Assembly: GCA_964035545.1 (NCBI GenBank)
Contig: OZ037771.1
Span: 13,825,133-13,889,132, forward strand
Length of the DNA stretch: 64,000 bases
Origin: Bugula neritina
Lineage: Eukaryota > Animalia > Bryozoa
Direction of reading: 5' to 3'
The notes beneath the pieces were generated by a model that was not told the origin of the DNA, searched no databases, and worked only from the letters and a program-made list of their open reading frames with translations. The position numbers and the translations under genes were made by a program. Below, in pieces: positions 62,801 to 64,000 of the stretch (within the stretch, counting starts at the first letter, position 1; every line of letters begins with the position of its first letter).

Positions 62801-63895
62801 ACGCCCACTGTCAACTGCTGGAGTAGACTTGATGACATCACCAGTAAGGTGCTTGTACATGATGTCTCCAGTGAAAGCTTGTAAACAGTAGAGATACTTG
62901 TCATAGCAACCTATAGTAAGATACAATTTAATAAGTAACATATTACTATCACCATTTCCATTGCTTCCCATTATATGAATGGATGCTCATAGGATAAAGT
63001 TGTGGTTGCCGTTTGCATGAACTTGATGTTTATGGTTTCAATTCCAAAAATCGAATGAAAAATCCATTCACATAATGTGAAGCTTGGAAACATAGTGATT
63101 GTAGAGCCATGTTTCGGATGACTACCAGAGAAATAAAGAAAATGATTACAATGTAAATATTCTGCATTTTATTAAAACACCTTTTGTACGCAATTTCAAG
63201 TTTACACCTTGTCTGAAGATTTACCAAGATCTGGCTATATTTTCAAATTGCAGAGAGGAAATTATGTAATCATGAAAGAGTAACAAGCAGAAAGCATCTC
63301 ATAATTCAGCTTAACTCAAGCACTATTCAGTAGAAAGTTAGTAGACTAGTAGAAGTATATAACACACAGTTATGGATATAAACCACCTAGGTTAATCAGA
63401 TGGAGGATAAGCACAAATCAATGTTACTGTAAATACCCAATACAAAGATGCCAAACCATGACATAGCTGAGTTCACTCTCTTTTAGCAAACCAATACTCA
63501 AGCTATAGCATCTATTCTAATGACTAACTAATAGAATTCCTGATAAAAATGAATTCACTACAACAAATATTTCCCATATTACGTAGCCAGCAATGTATTT
63601 TGTCAAATTTCAACCACTTTACACTTTAAACATGGTAAACCAAAAAATGTCAATGATTATTTTATACATAGGTATAATTGCAAAATGTTCATCAATTAAA
63701 AGAAACTGTAGGAATAAACAATGTGCTGGATCACACAGTCTATTACCAACAAAAATCATTCTGTGTCTTTGAGAGACGACTGCAGTGGCTTCAACTCTAC
63801 CTCCCAGAATGGCACTCCACACTACCTCCCCATTAGATATATTGATGCATAGGAACTTATGGCTATGAGACCCAACATAAGCAAAGTTGTCTTCT
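59871..63895 (-). CDS. AASDH: Beta-alanine-activating enzyme AASDH/ACSF4, C-terminal PQQ-type beta-propeller exons; gene starts beyond the window end
   Basis: Exons 63895-63747 (YVGSHSH...LGGRVEATA), 62910-62756 (GCYD...VIKSTP...GSHDHHLY), 62220-62101, 61792-61658, 61445-61263 (IFSSP...FGCHDKHVYCL), 60522-60397 (DVFSSPIV) and 59936-59871 (LIIGCRDDKVYCFE), all in phase. Confidence 0.9.
60113..60305 (+). mobile_element. tRNA-derived SINE, family A copy
   Basis: ACAGCTATGGAGTAGAGGTTAGAG head; GTGATGTTAGGAAGAG...GAATAAGTCCTTAGCC...GACTATAAACTTGTGTGA shared with the 50008 copy. Confidence 0.72.
60725..61170. repeat. (TGAG)n/(CGAG)n tetranucleotide repeat in an AASDH intron
   Basis: About 445 bp of GAGT/GAGC units. 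Confidence 0.97.
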
Positions 63896-64000
63896 CTAAA
63901 ACAAGCAATAAATTATGCAAATAAGAGTAAATATTAACAAACACCATAAAACCCAGGCACATTGCATAATACATGACTCTGTTGAAATATTTTAGTTGCA

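Overview
AT-rich, intron-dense animal (invertebrate-like) genomic DNA, not prokaryotic; most of the ORF track is repeat-derived noise. Reading GT-AG splice sites and codon phase by hand gives seven genes. In order: the 3' part of a fibrinogen-related-domain gene (+, 1-3545); a DUSP22/DUSP15-like phosphatase gene whose catalytic CX5R arginine is replaced by Leu (-, 22880 to 19449, probably continuing to 4313); a 13-exon DUF229 (alkaline-phosphatase superfamily) gene with a degenerate active site (-, 47792-32582); a 4-exon Ly6/uPAR three-finger gene nested antisense in its 7-kb intron (+, 37147-40303, absent from the ORF track); GORAB (-); ARGLU1 (-); and the 3' end of AASDH (-). A young BEL/Pao LTR retrotransposon (24380-31420; 812-bp LTRs, AGTAT target-site duplication) has an intact Gag-PR-RT-RNaseH ORF but no integrase. 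There are also tRNA-derived SINEs, a PIF/Harbinger-type MITE and many tandem repeats. The most striking unexplained pattern is that several minisatellites are tandem amplifications of a real 5' splice site (last exon bases plus GTRAGT), giving arrays of 4-25 donor-like copies directly behind exons of two different genes. All gene models were built by eye and need RNA-seq confirmation.
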